A DNA stretch of 54,064 nucleotides, filler included, from Bilabrum cf. latius (lineage: Eukaryota): the NCBI GenBank assembly GCA_965178125.1. It is 2 parts of 2 records of this genome, joined end to end, with 100 filler letters (N's around TTAATTAATTAA, not from the genome) between each part and the next. Parts side by side here need not be neighbours in the genome. Positions count along the whole stretch, not along the records: positions 27,169 to 54,064 come from CBCXTV010000030.1; 1 more part is not named here. One strand, written 5' to 3'. The notes beneath the pieces were generated by a model, which ran no database searches, was not told the DNA's origin, and worked only from the letters and a program-made list of their open reading frames with translations. Of the stretch, positions 41,586-54,064 are shown one piece after another. The position numbers and the translations under genes were made by a program. Every line of letters starts with the position of its first letter. Position 1 is the first letter of the stretch.

Positions 41586-42611
41586 CACCTTTTCTTTCCA
41601 AGGCCCAAGCCATGTTTTGTATATAGAGGCGCTGGAGACCTGGGTATGAATCCAAGAAGAAAAAATGCTCGGTCCTTCCCGCGTTCAGATTCACATTTCT
41701 GGACAAAACACCGGCAGCTCACGAGGGCGCACGGCGGAAAAAAAGACCACTGAATGGATACACTCCGCCCGTGGCGACCCGCCCGCGCGCCCGCCCGCTC
41801 GCCCGTCCGCCCGTCTGCCCGCCCGCCCGCCCGTACGACCGCTCGCCCGCTCGCCCTTTCGTCCGCCCACCCGCGTGCACCCGCCCGCCCTTTCACCCAA
41901 TTGCCCGCACGCCTGCCCGCCCACTCGACCGTGCGTCCGCCCAGAGGCCCGCCCACCGGCCCGCCCGGGCGCCCACCCGCCAGCCCGCTCGCCGGCCCTC
42001 AGGCCCGTTGGCCGGTTTGCCCGCTCGCGCCTCCGTCCGCCCGTGGCCCGCCCGCTCGCGAACCCGCTGGCTAGCCCGCGCGCCCGCCCGCCTACACCAA
42101 TCCACTCGCGCACGCTCGCTCCCGCCCACCCGGCCGCCCGTCCGCCCGCCCGTCCGACAGCCAGCCGACCCGTCCGCCCGCGAGCCTGCCTGCCCACGCG
42201 TGCGCGCGCTCGCCTGCTTGCGCACACCCGCGCGCGCTCACGCGCGTACGCGTGGCGACCCGCGGGCTCGCCGGCCCAACAGCTCCACCGGATAGCCGCT
42301 CGGCTTTCTGCCCGCTCCCCCGCCCGCCCGATCGCCCGCGCACCCACCCGATCGCTCGCCCGACCAGTCGCCCGCCCGCCCGCCTGCCCGCCCGCCCGCC
42401 CGTCCTCCGCCCGCCTGCCCGCGAACAGGCCCGCCCGCGCGCCCGCACGCCGGGCCGCCCACCCGCCCGGAAATGTCAGACATTCCCTGTCATAAGGAAA
42501 CTGTTGCGCGGTGAGATGCATCCTCAGAAAAACTCCACGCTCGTATGAAAACGCCAAGAAAAATGCTCGAGGAAAGTACCCAGATCACTCAAACGAATGA
42601 CTGCAATGTTC

Positions 42612-43262
42612 CTAAAAGCCATGCCGTGTCCCCGCTACAAGTACGCATGCCGATATTACCTCCGCCATCGCTGCTGCAACACTCGACGACCGAAGTGGTG
42701 GCGGCGTGCGCTCGCGCGACGAGGAGGCCGCGCTCGAGCTCGCTGACAACGACGAGATCGGAGTCAACGCCCGCGCCCACATGCGGGCAACTCGCATCCC
42801 GACGTCAGCAACGTCTGCGGCATTCATAGATGACCGCAAACTCTCGAGCATGCGACCCCCTCGAGTCGCCCCCAGCGCTTCGGACAACGTTGTCCAAGCC
42901 ACCGCGACACATGCGCGATGCTCCGTGGGCAACGTGTCCCATGCAAGACGCGCCGCAAACACCGCAATCACGAACTTCATCGCACCAGTGACAGATTCGA
43001 TGTTGTACGCGAGGCACAACATCTTCTCATCATACACCAAATACGTGCCGCAATCACGGAGTTCCCAAAGCGCCTCATACCGAATTCCATGCAAGGAGCG
43101 CCTGAGTTGTGACCCCTCTCCACGACGCGCGCCGGGGCGCGAGAGTCGATGGCTGTGTCCCTCACAACTGCAGTGCGCCCCACAGTAAGGTCCGCCGACA
43201 GCCAGACAGCGGACCGCAGCGACGTTCGAGCATCCCTCAATCGCGCACGACCGAGAAGCCAT
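42612..43262 (-). CDS. Hypothetical Cys/His-cluster protein (copy 2)
   Basis: Identical to 28892-29542. Confidence 0.6.
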   Translation of the reverse strand: MASRSCAIEGCSNVAAVRCLAVGGPYCGAHCSCEGHSHRLSRPGARRGEGSQLRRSLHGIRYEALWELRDCGTYLVYDEKMLCLAYNIESVTGAMKFVIAVFAARLAWDTLPTEHRACVAVAWTTLSEALGATRGGRMLESLRSSMNAADVADVGMRVARMWARALTPISSLSASSSAASSSRERTPPPLRSSSVAAAMAEVISACVLVAGTRHGF

Positions 43263-44295
43263 GATACGCTCGCGGGTTTATTGCGCGCGGATCGTTTCGG
43301 GACGCTCTGACACTCGCTGAAAAAAATCATGCGAAACACATATAACTCACGCTCGGTTCTAGGCCGGAAGACCGCCCGTCCGCTCGCCCGACTGCTCGCC
43401 TCTCCGAAGGTCCACCGTGCCGCCTGCTCATTAGCGTCCCCGCGTGAACGCCCGTTCCTCATAGGGAAGTGACCTGCAACATCACTCTCGCACTTGCTGC
43501 GAAAACACCATGCCTGTACCAATCAATGCTACCGCTGTGACGAGCATGACCAAGATTGGAAGAAGATCAGAGCTGCAAGTTTCCATCACCATGTGCACCT
43601 CCGCAAAAAAAAAGACGTGATGAAAGCACAACTTGTTTCCACCGGCAGCTCTCCTTGGGCGCACGGCGAGACATGAAAAAGAAAACAATGATCAGTCCGT
43701 TGCTCGAACATTCACATACCAATGCAGGAAGGCATTGTTAATGACATTCTCCATCGCGCTTTGCGCTTTCTTCTCACATGCGCCACAGATGCAGACACAC
43801 TTGCCCGTCCGACTCCCTGATGGCACAAGCATGTGATCGGCTACGAAAGGTGACGGAAAAAAACAGCCAATGCAGTGTCGTGCACGGAACTCATGCAAAT
43901 CCGAATGGACTGCTTCCGAGAAATGAGACTAGCCACATTGGTGGATCGATCAAAAAAATGATAACACTTTCACACACACACACACACGGTATGGTCGCGG
44001 CCGGTCAATTCTTTTCGTGTGACAATCACCAAGACCAAATTCTGACAGAGCGAGTAAACATATGAAATTGCCTTCTGCACAGACATGTTGTCCGACAAGC
44101 CGTGCGTAAGCATCATCAGACTCCGGCAACGGATCTTTCCATCCGAACCGCAATGACAACGGATGCTCAAGGTTTGTTGCGGGACACAAGCACGCACTAT
44201 ACATTGAAAAAACAAGCTATACAAAACAAAGTTCGCGTTGCCCGGCACTGTCTGTTTCATGCCGGTCGTCACGAACACAAAGGCGTCATGGCGTT

Positions 44296-44745
44296 TTACG
44301 GCCATTTGACACCGACTTCGCGAGCACGACGTCGGAGTTCGACGCCCTGGGTCGGCGTACATCCGAGCCACCGAATGCGCCGATTGAATTCTTGCCACTC
44401 GGCGTGGCCGATGGGCACCAGATCAGGGTGCTTATGGAAAACAATCCATGGCAACCCTTTCTCCGTCCCGAAGGCAGGGCTCTCACACGGCAACCGCGGC
44501 GGTACGCCGGCTTTGCGAAACTCAGCGTCTGTCCACCACTGATATTTCACGCCCTCGTCCCTCGAGTCGTGGAGCGACTGCACCCATCTCCTGTACTGCG
44601 CTTCACACGAGCGCATATATGAGCGCACCCATGCGGACGGGTCGCTCACCTTTTCGCCAGCAGCGCTTGAGGACGCCGGCATGTCCACCACCTCTTCCGC
44701 TTCATCAGCCGGAGAAATGGGCGAAGCACTTCCATACCACGCCAT
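44296..44745 (-). CDS. Hypothetical Trp-rich protein (copy 2)
   Basis: Identical to 30576-31025. Confidence 0.45.
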   Translation of the reverse strand: MAWYGSASPISPADEAEEVVDMPASSSAAGEKVSDPSAWVRSYMRSCEAQYRRWVQSLHDSRDEGVKYQWWTDAEFRKAGVPPRLPCESPAFGTEKGLPWIVFHKHPDLVPIGHAEWQEFNRRIRWLGCTPTQGVELRRRAREVGVKWP

Positions 44746-47333
44746 ACCCACGGATGAAGAGGAAACTCGGGATGGGGCGACAAAAAGACGCAATCAAACG
44801 ACGTCTGAATGCGAGCACCAACATTTCGGAGAGGAATGAATGATCACTTGGAAAAGATGCATGCGAGAAAACAATGCCATGATACGCTCATGCTGTTCCA
44901 CGCAGACATGGGACAATGACATGGCCAATCTCCGTATTGTCCTGAAAATCGCATATCAAGGACCGGCAGCTTACCATGGGCGCACGCAAAAGAGAAGAAA
45001 CTATGAGATAAAAATATTTTTCCCGCCCTCGCTTCCGCAACAATGTAATACACAGACCACACGTCTACACAAATGCCCGCACCCTACAGGACACACCAGG
45101 ACCGCAAAACCGCACGCCAGCACGGCGGGTGCTAGACAACAATTTGGCGCGCTCTCCTGTGACGGACTTGTGCCACAGGGCACCGACACGGATAACGCAG
45201 ACTGCCTCAGACGCCCCTCGTTTACCATGACGAGGCACAGACCCACAGGGAGGACCGCAAAACGCGTCCACCTGGCGGACGCGAAATTGGGCCCAGAATA
45301 CGGCCACCATTTCGCGGCCGGAAAACGGCACCAAAACCGGGGGCAAAAATGGGGGACCCGACTGTTGGGTCCCCCTTTTTTCCTCTATTTTTTGTGGCCG
45401 TTTTCCGGCCGCCGAAATAGGCCCGCGGCGCGGACCGCCGAGATGCACACCTCCGGGGGGGCCACTGTACACAGTTCCCCGGCCACACGCGCCCTGCTGG
45501 AGAATAACACACGGCGCCCGCGGACAAACTGTACTACACGGGTGCGGAAAAAAACACCGACCAACCGAACGCACAGGCACGTTCTACGTGTAGGCTGCGC
45601 CACACCTTTGCCGACCCAAAACAGTGTGCTGCATTTGGACACATGCGGTACAGAAATTCCCAGAGATTCTCACGAAGTTCATCGAATCTTTGTCCACTTG
45701 CACCCCATTTGCCAGAAGTGTCGCGATTTATAAACCAAGTCCGGTCCAATTTCGGCAATCATAGCTCATTGTCCACGACCGTGATTCCCGCGAAAAATGA
45801 GCAACATGTGTCGGCGATGAAGACAACTTCTCCGCGATTTCGGTCCATTCAAGGCAATGTTGGCAGGCTTTCCCTTAGCGGTCCATACCAAAACAAATCG
45901 CTAGTCTCTCTCGCGATCTGCTCTCTCACGCCTGCACACCCGCGGGCCCACCCGCCCGCCCGCTGGCCTCTCCGCCCGTCCGGACGCCCGCTAGCCCGCC
46001 CGCCTGCCCACCGGTCGGCCCGCGCGCCCGTCCGACCGCTCACCCGCCCGCCCGTCCTCCCGACCGTCAAGAGTAAAAGAACATCTATATTCGAAAACGC
46101 GTCCAGAAGCAGGGTTGTCTAGGGAAACGGGGGATTTTTCAAGTCGTGCGACTTGCAACAAAATTCTGGCATGAAAACGCCATTTTCTATCAGCCTACGG
46201 AACGGTGGATGCGGCAGTTTACCTTACCTTACACAGACACGGTCATGGATGCGCCAGTTGGGTTTTCCACAAGAGGACCAGGTCCGGACCCCTTCTTCAC
46301 ATCGTATTTTCAAAACAAAGAACCCAATCCACGAGGAGGCAGGCGACGGAGGGCGGGCGGGGGTCGGGCCAGCCAGCCATGTGCGTACGCAGGTGGAACG
46401 CGACGTCTTGCAAGACGTCGTGCATGGTGAGATGCGGTTTGACGATGACGTCGTCGACCGCGTCCTGGTGCCTTTCGATACAGGTTCCTTAACTTCAAAA
46501 TCTGAGCGGAGGAGAAGCTACCTTTCGCGTACGACGAGGGCGTCCACACAGACGCGGCCGTGGCGGGCCTTCCCGCTTACCTCTCGCCGAGTCACATTGG
46601 CGGGCTGTGTGGCACACCTGTTGCCGAGTCGGACGGGACCGCGCCAAAAGAGCCTGCCGTTTTAAAACGGGCCCGGTAGACGGGACAGGGTCCGAAAAGC
46701 CAACTGACGCAATCATGACCTCGCCGTTTAGCCGCCCGACAAGAATGCACGACTCGGAATGATCTGGGAAGTTTGAAATGGGTCCGGACACATCATGGGA
46801 GAGTGAGATGGCCAGACGTCACGGTGTCATGAAAACCCACAATCGGTGACCGGCAGCTCACCATGGGCGCACGGAAAACAACGACGTTTGAAAGAAACAA
46901 TTTTTCCCGCCGTCGCTTCCGAAACAAGATGATACACAGACCGCACGCCTACACAAATGCCCGCACCCTGCAGGACACAGCATGACATTAAAACCGCATG
47001 CCCGCACGGCGGCCGCCAGGCAACAATTTGGCGCGCTCTCCTGTGACGGACTTCGACCGCAGAGAACCGACACGGATAACGCAGACTGCCTACGACGCCC
47101 CTCGTTTACCATGACGAGGCAGAGACCCACAGGGAGGACCGCAAAACGCGTCCGCGTTTCGGACACGAAATTCGGCCCAGAATACGGCCCCCATGTGACG
47201 TCCGGAATATATAAAGACGACAGTCCCTTCTACAATATCTGCAGGACACGCACCTCCGACGCACAGCAATCGCGTTTGCATTTTCCTGCCAAGAGACACG
47301 CTTTGGAAATACAGATTCAATCACAAGAGAAAA

Positions 47334-49280
47334 TTACAGCGCGGTACGCGGGACCCACAGCGCTTCACCGGCATAGTAATACCGGCTGTTGTCCTGGATC
47401 CACTTTCTCTCCGACGCTAGCAAAAGATTTAAACCCGCGTTCCAATCGTTGCAACAAACAACAATCTTCGCGCGGTGAACCCACTGGCGATAACTGTACA
47501 TATTCGTCGCCGTGTGGGACAAGGACACCCACTCCGCAGGCGCCTGAAAGAGACGTTTGTTCTGGATGACTAAAGATGCCGAAGCCTCATCCATCACAAT
47601 CACCTCATCATGCAGCGGTCGAAAAGACCGAAGATCGGGCTGCGTTGCTTGTTGGCAATCACAGAAAAAGACATGGCCGGTATCGGCCAATGAGCATGCA
47701 TACTGCGTCTTTCCGACGCAGGAGGGGCCGTCCAAAATTAAAAAGCGATAGCGGGATGCCAGACGGTTGAACTCCGCTAACCACTCGGAGACAACGTCTA
47801 TCTCTCGAAAGGGGCACATCCCTCCACGCAACTCTGCTTGGACAGCCTGTACGTGCGCTGCCAAACTCGCCTCGGATGTGGCCGATTCATAAGCGGCCAG
47901 GGTCCGGAGCATGTTTGGAAGATTCCGCACTACACGCACAGACAACCGACGCGCAGTGCCAACGGCAATCTTGCCGGACTGGAGTAGCTGTATAATCCAA
48001 TCGGCTTGAACGAGATAGTCATGAAACATCTCGACACTCCCACCGCCGTCTACGCGACCAAACTTCGGCGCCTGCACGTAAAAAAACCCTTGAAAACCGC
48101 GTGCAGCACCACGCACACGTTCGGCGACGCACAAAGACACAACAGGCGGGGATATTCCTTGAAACATAATCCCCGTGAAGTACTCTAACACCGCCGAAGA
48201 CGCACGCAATGCAACGTGAAAATGAACACGGGCTTGCGAATTGGGAGCACGAATGGTCGTCGGCGACACTTCCGCGCACCACACATACTGTACAACACGC
48301 CAGTGCTCCACAAAGGGCATGAACCACGCAAGAAAGGCAACACGCAAAGCCATAAACCACGCCGATAACGACACAGACATCGCAACCGTGTCGACGTCCA
48401 CTTCCGCGTTGCCTGGTTGAAAAATCAACGAAGGCACAAGCCCCCATGGCCCATTCAACGAAAACAGACGAGTGGCCGGACGGCTCGCAGAAGCACCGCC
48501 TTGGACGCCTTGGGAGCCAGACCTGTGCCCGCGGATGAGGCACGCGCCAACCTGCTGCGCACACTCCGGAAGATCACACTGGCTATCCAGAAAACGGCGC
48601 AGCAGCGCGCGCTGCTCATCCCGCAGGGCACTGCCGGCCTCGCGGCGTAAACCGTGGGTCGCCCACACAGTCTTCTCCGCCGCCGTCCCACTCGACGCCA
48701 CCCATCGCGACAGGCGTCGCCACAACCTCGTGTACGCAGCGTGATCCAGAGAAGTGCTCAGGGACTCATCTGCGACAGACCCGAGGGCAATGTCGCGTCG
48801 GCGCGCGCCGTCGGCACTGCCTGCGGCTTGGGAGGCAGACGGGGATGGGTACACAAACGGAGCGGCGGAGCTCGCCTGAGACACAGGCAACACCGGCTCA
48901 GGCACGGCCACGCGCGCTGACGCCACCGCAGGGGATCGCTTCGAAGAAAAGCGACGGCGCTTAGTCGGATGCTCCGAAGCTTGCCCGGACGAAGACAACA
49001 TCGCACTGCAAAGCGTCACAATCCGTTCGGCGCTCGGACATCTCCGACTGAAAACACTGCAAACTAGGCGACGATGATTCGGAGCATAAAACCGACTGCT
49101 CGCACACGAAGTCTGCAAGGAACAACATGTTGAATGTGGACATGCTGACGACAGAAAAAAAAGCACTGACAACGGGAGCTCAAAAAAATCTTGCGCTGTG
49201 AAACAAAACAAACATACCGTATGCACCCCTTCATATCCATCAGACACACAACAAGCAGAACATGCCGAAAAAGGAGACAC
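47334..49280 (-). CDS. rep: CRESS/geminivirus-like Rep (copy 2); likely ATG at 49001
   Basis: Identical to 33614-35560. Confidence 0.9.
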   Translation of the reverse strand: MSPFSACSACCVSDGYEGVHTVCLFCFTAQDFFELPLSVLFFLSSACPHSTCCSLQTSCASSRFYAPNHRRLVCSVFSRRCPSAERIVTLCSAMLSSSGQASEHPTKRRRFSSKRSPAVASARVAVPEPVLPVSQASSAAPFVYPSPSASQAAGSADGARRRDIALGSVADESLSTSLDHAAYTRLWRRLSRWVASSGTAAEKTVWATHGLRREAGSALRDEQRALLRRFLDSQCDLPECAQQVGACLIRGHRSGSQGVQGGASASRPATRLFSLNGPWGLVPSLIFQPGNAEVDVDTVAMSVSLSAWFMALRVAFLAWFMPFVEHWRVVQYVWCAEVSPTTIRAPNSQARVHFHVALRASSAVLEYFTGIMFQGISPPVVSLCVAERVRGAARGFQGFFYVQAPKFGRVDGGGSVEMFHDYLVQADWIIQLLQSGKIAVGTARRLSVRVVRNLPNMLRTLAAYESATSEASLAAHVQAVQAELRGGMCPFREIDVVSEWLAEFNRLASRYRFLILDGPSCVGKTQYACSLADTGHVFFCDCQQATQPDLRSFRPLHDEVIVMDEASASLVIQNKRLFQAPAEWVSLSHTATNMYSYRQWVHRAKIVVCCNDWNAGLNLLLASERKWIQDNSRYYYAGEALWVPRTAL

Positions 49281-49892
49281 CGGCAGCTCTCAACGGGCGC
49301 ACGGCGAAATCCATGAAGAAATCACATTCCTGTTCCTACATAATGCATCCCGCACATGCCACCGTTCGAAAAACGTCGCGTCCAGAATTCCCTCAAGTGC
49401 CTTCCGCTTCTCCTCGAAGCGCACACTCAAACGGCCTCACAGGGATTTTCTGCATGCCCATACCCTCAACTGACGCCGTCGCCACGGCACAAGCACGAGA
49501 ACGAAACGGCACGTCTCCCAACATAGAACAAAAGATTCCGGCTCAAAAGCCCTCCAGAACTCCACATCCCCTTCAAACATTATCTCGGACACTTCCCTGC
49601 ACATGGCATACTTCCCCTTCGGTCCCTTCCTTCATATAACCACATCTCCATTTCAGCATCATTTCCTCCCCGGCAAGATGGCAGAATAGTCCAAACAACC
49701 TCACGATATCCTCAAGAGCACGGCAGCATGAACATCCAAAACACGGGGACCCCTCAAAGATGGTATCGACGTCAGTTGTTTTCGGTCGTTCTTTTTCTGA
49801 TTCGCTCTTCTCGCAGAAGTCTCTTTGGAGGCATTTTTCTCCAAGTGGCCTCCTTTGGGCCTTCTCTTTTGGGGAGGTCCTTTTTTCCCTAA

Positions 49893-50050
49893 AAAAAGGG
49901 GGGGGGAAGCGGAAGCGCTGGGAAAGGCTTTTAAATATTAAAAGCGCTTTCCAGCGCTTCCGCGCTACCCCCCCCCCTTTTTGTACTCATTTTACAGTAG
50001 TTTTTCACGATTTAGGGGGGTAGCGCTAGGGGGTTTTCCACGCTACCCCC
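49893..50050. promoter_or_regulatory. Hairpin / candidate origin (copy 2)
   Basis: Identical to 36173-36330. Confidence 0.65.
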
Positions 50051-50686
50051 TGTTTTGGCCTCGATTTTGGCAATTGTTCCACCCACTTTGGTCCAATTTC
50101 CCCATTTTTCTAGGATTTTTGCTATTTTTCTCGATTGTTCGGGCATTTTGTGTGGAAATTTCCACATTTTCACCGAATCTGGACCGATTTTCCTGTTTTT
50201 TTGGGGAGTTTCGCGATTTCCTTCCATTCCCGCCTCACACTCTTCCCCCTCTTCTTATGCATTTTCGCGATTTATTCGCCAAATCTGGTCCCATCTCGGT
50301 GGTCATGGCCGGTTCTGTGCGATTTTCAGGGATTCTCATCGATTAAGGCTATTTGTTCGCGATGTCGGTCGGTTCTGGACGATCTTTCCGATTCTGGTTG
50401 ATCTTCGCTGTCTTTCTCTCTCCTCTCCGTGGTCCAAGGACGCATCACTCTTCGCCGATTTCGCTTCTTATGTCGTTGAGGTGCGTCTGCTGGGCTCCTT
50501 TGGCTAGCCGGTGGTCTCCATGCAATAGCGCGTCTCTTCCGCCGCAGTTTCTTTCGCCTGAGAGTCATCCATGTCATCATGCGCAATGAAACACAATACA
50601 CAATCCATGGCATGCTTCCCACTCAGCTGTCAAACCACCACACTTCCATGAAGTATGTGGCAATATGATGCTCGCGTGGCGCGCCT

Positions 50687-51121
50687 TCACGCCTCCTTGG
50701 CCGATGAGTTCTTTTTCGGCTTTTTTGGGGCGGCGGATGACGACGCCGCGTCGCCAGCCTTTTCGCTGCCGGCGTCCGGGCGACTTGCCTCCCGCATCAG
50801 CATGACCTCGGCGAGGTCGTCGTTGCTGAGACGACGTGCGTTGGCCTTCAAACGGCGACGTCGCTTTTCGTGGTTGCGGAGGTCTTTTGCCACCCGCTTT
50901 CGCTCGGCTGTCATTGCCGCCTGTTTCGCGCGCAACTCGTCGATTTTCGCCGAGAGCGGCTTCGACGGCACGCCTCCGGCAGGTGTCGTTGCCGCAGCGA
51001 CTGCGTCGTCTAGCTGCCTTTCTTCTGTTACGGCCTTCGCGTCGCCGGCCAGAGCCGGCGCGCTCTCGGCAGCGACGATGGTGCGCTCGTTGTCGCTTTC
51101 GGCCTCGCTGCGGTCCGACAT
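50687..51121 (-). CDS. Small basic coiled-coil protein (copy 2)
   Basis: Identical to 36967-37401. Confidence 0.75.
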   Translation of the reverse strand: MSDRSEAESDNERTIVAAESAPALAGDAKAVTEERQLDDAVAAATTPAGGVPSKPLSAKIDELRAKQAAMTAERKRVAKDLRNHEKRRRRLKANARRLSNDDLAEVMLMREASRPDAGSEKAGDAASSSAAPKKPKKNSSAKEA

Positions 51122-53012
51122 GCCGGCACTTCCGAGCGAAAGGCGCTCGCGTCGCCCGCGGCCCCGTGTGGGGCGGCGATTTCTGGCGCTGCGGCTTCAG
51201 GGCGCGCTAGAGCTGCAAAAGCTGCAGGTGGGGCACTTTCGCCTTCCGCGCGAACGGGCAAATGGAACCACCACCCGAGCGGTAACCGCGCGCGTGCTGT
51301 GGTACAAAGTTGGAGCTCTTCCAGCGATGGAAGCTCGTGTCCTACCGTCGGGGGTGCTTCCAGTCCGGTGCGAGCTTTGCATCGGGTGCCGAGGTGCTCC
51401 TGACCTTGTCCGAAGCCACAAGAGAGAAACGCGAATTTCCAGCACCGCGCCTGCAAAACTTGCTGCGTGGCCTTGGTCCACATGCGAACGATATCTCTGT
51501 TCGGAATTGGCCCCACTGGTTGTTTCAGGTACAACTCTTCGAGGCCATTTCGCGCAGCGCGCTTCAAATGGTGAAAGACGTGCACATCGAGCGGTTGCAG
51601 GAAGGACGTCGTGCACGGTGGCACGAACACAATTCTGATTGCGCTCTCCGCGGCTGCGCGTGCGACGCTCTCTGTCCAATGCGTCGGGCAAGCATCGAGT
51701 GCGAGAATGAATTCGTGCGACGCCTTCCATGGCTGCAACGCGCGGCCTGCAAGTCGCACAATGCGACCGAGCTCTGGGCCTTTCAACCACGCGGTTTTCC
51801 GCCGCTCTACAGTCACGCCTGAATTCCGCGTTTCTTCGCGGATCCACGTCGTATCTGCCGCGGATATGGTGTGCGAATTCACCAAGAGAATTTGTGGCAA
51901 TGCTTTCTGTATCTCCGCATTGTCTGCAAGGAAAGCGAGAAGAGAGAAAGCCGTGCGCTTGCTCTTGAGGGAGGCCACCTGTCGCGGGACACGCCCGCGC
52001 CTCACTTCGAGGTGTGTTCGGGCACTCAGTAAACCTGGCTTCGGCGGTGTCCACAGGCGGCACGAACTCTCGTCGAAATTGAGGAAGACGGTCGTTTTGT
52101 TGTGCGGCACGGTGTGCTCCAAAAAATTCGCCCACTTCCACATGGCCGTTGCCTCGTGTTTGCCGGGAACGCGGTGGTCTGTGGGACGATTTGGCGGGCC
52201 CGATTCTGCGGCCGGAATCCGGCCACCCCCCATGTGGTGGAATGAATGCGTGGGCCCCAAATCGTGGCCATTTTCTGGCCGCCAAACTGGGCCCGCAAAA
52301 GTGGCCCGGGGGGCGATTTTTTGGGAGCCGCCGGTGGGGCAAATGTGGGGCTCTTTCCTGCCGGAACCTTCCGTGCCGCCTCCTCCGTCGTCGTGCCCGT
52401 CCCGGAGGGGAGCGTGCCGCGGCGTAGCGCCCATCGACGCATAAAGCCACGCATCCATTTTTTCCTTCGCGGGGGGAGCGCTGCATGCAATGGGACGTCG
52501 TGAGCGGCAGTGGCCACACTTTCGCATGCCGAAGCGCGCGTACGTTGTGTGTAGACGGTCCGAGTACTCGGCGCGAGACCGCGTCCCCGGTTCTGCTCAT
52601 CGATCCATTGCACCAGATCTTTTTCGCGCAGATACTTCTCGGCGTCGCTTTGTCGTCGATTCCACCATCCCGTCGTGGCCTCGTTGTTCATGTTTGTTGC
52701 GGTACTTCTCTCTCGCACCACGTTCATGAACTTCGCCGCGTTGACGGGCACGCCCAATTTCCGCCCGAGGGATGCTTCCAGGAAGGTTTGTGCTGCCTTC
52801 CCGCTGTCTGGGACACGCATGTAAATCACGATCGCGGTGTCTCGATATCGAGGTGTGCAGTTCTTGTCGGTCACCTCAACATCGCTCGCCGTGTCTGCGG
52901 TACGCTCGGCATCGCGTCGCTCTTCCGCCCGGATTTCGCTCCGCATTTTGCGTAAAGCATCCGTGAGGTCATTGCGGCGCGCACGTGCGTCGGTGATGGC
53001 GGACCTTTTCAT
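51028..53012 (-). CDS. pogo-family DD35D transposase (copy 2), intron 52153-52367
   Basis: Identical to 37308-39292. Confidence 0.85.
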
Positions 53013-54064
53013 CGTTCGGGCCTCAGCTTTTCAGAGGCGGCTCGCGAAAAGGGCTGCAGACAAGATGCCGCTGTCGGGGGGCTTTCGTGCCGGGTTACAG
53101 GTCCCTGTAGGGAAGTGTGCACTGGCGGATGCGCTTGCAGTGCGTGGTTCTCGTGTTGCGGGGTGCGCTAACCACAGTTCGTCATTTGCGTCGTCGTCAT
53201 CAAGTTTCGCTGCATGCTCGGCGGGGTTTTGGTACAGCCCTTTTTTCACGGATCTCGTATGTTGAGTCCTGCTCTCCTGTGGCCCTTTTTCCAACGTGCC
53301 CCAGATCATTTCCGGAATAAGCGTTTGGCCTAGGTAATCGCGGCATCATAGAACTTGGGATTCCCTTTCCCCGCGATTGCGGACTCAGCCATGGTGAACT
53401 TCCGCCCTCTACCTTGGGCTTTTCCTGCTTCGACTTCTTCGTGGAATGTGCCTGGGGTCGCCATCATACAACCAAAAATCCACGAGAACAAGGAACGACT
53501 CCGTTCTGCAAAAGAGTCTGCGTCCGCTGGTTCCCGCCCACCCGCTCGTCCGCAAGTCCACCCGCCCGCCCGCCCGCCGGCCCTCCTGCCCGCCCGCCCG
53601 TTCTCCCGTTCGCCCTTGGTCTACCCGCACATTAGCTCGTCCGCCCGCCCGCCCCCCCGCTCGCCCGCCCGCCCACCTGCCCGCCCGCCCTCCCGCCCAC
53701 CCGCGTGTCATTCCGTCCATCAGCTCGCGCGCCCGCCCGCCCGCCTGCAAGCCCGTCCGCCCGCCCGCGCACCGGCCCGTCCGCCCCGCCGTCCGCCCGC
53801 CCGCCCGCCCGCTAGCCCGCCCGCCCGTCCACCCGCTGGCCCGTCCGCCCGTCCGCCCGCCCGCTCGGCTCCCCGCTCACCTGCCCAGTCGCATGCCAAT
53901 TCTTACTGTGATGAATTCCATCATGAGAAAATTGAGCAACTCACACATGCAAACGCGACACCGGCAGCTCACGTGGGCGCACGGCGATGTGTCTCTAGAT
54001 GGAAGCGTGGGCATGAGCTCGTGCTAGTGAAGCGTCACGCGCTTTCACCATTTCCTGCATGTCG

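Larger units (their letters stand above)
40889..54064 (-). mobile_element. Element B, repeat unit 2 (runs off the window end)
   Basis: Near-identical to 27169-40344; one substitution noticed (A at 32189, T at 45909). Confidence 0.85.

Overview
GC-rich, eukaryote-like DNA: it has a GT-AG intron and (CCCG)n tracts, and a dinoflagellate or similar protist host is my inference only. An artificial 100-bp spacer (N44-TTAATTAATTAA-N44, 27069-27168) splits the window, so the two halves may not be adjacent in vivo. Each half carries a diverged member of what looks like one family of large (~11-14 kb) mobile elements with all genes on one strand. Shared core: (i) a CRESS/geminivirus-like Rep (HUH endonuclease + SF3 helicase), (ii) a pogo-family DD35D transposase, (iii) a small basic coiled-coil protein, and (iv) an inverted-repeat site with GTAG-core repeats between the coiled-coil gene and Rep. 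Cargo differs. Left element A (+ strand) has a GT25/fucosyltransferase-like protein and several CxxC proteins. Right element B (- strand) has a PARP-like ADP-ribosyltransferase and a Cys/His protein. Element B is a near-identical head-to-tail repeat with a 13,720-bp period. Its transposase is split by a 215-nt intron, its hairpin has TAATATT at the apex, and a ~26-bp motif recurs 7 times per unit between genes. The first ~5.4 kb is a scrambled mosaic of element-A gene fragments, followed by nested satellites. No capsid gene, rRNA, tRNA or CRISPR array was recognised. All family assignments are by-eye motif recognition, with no database searches.
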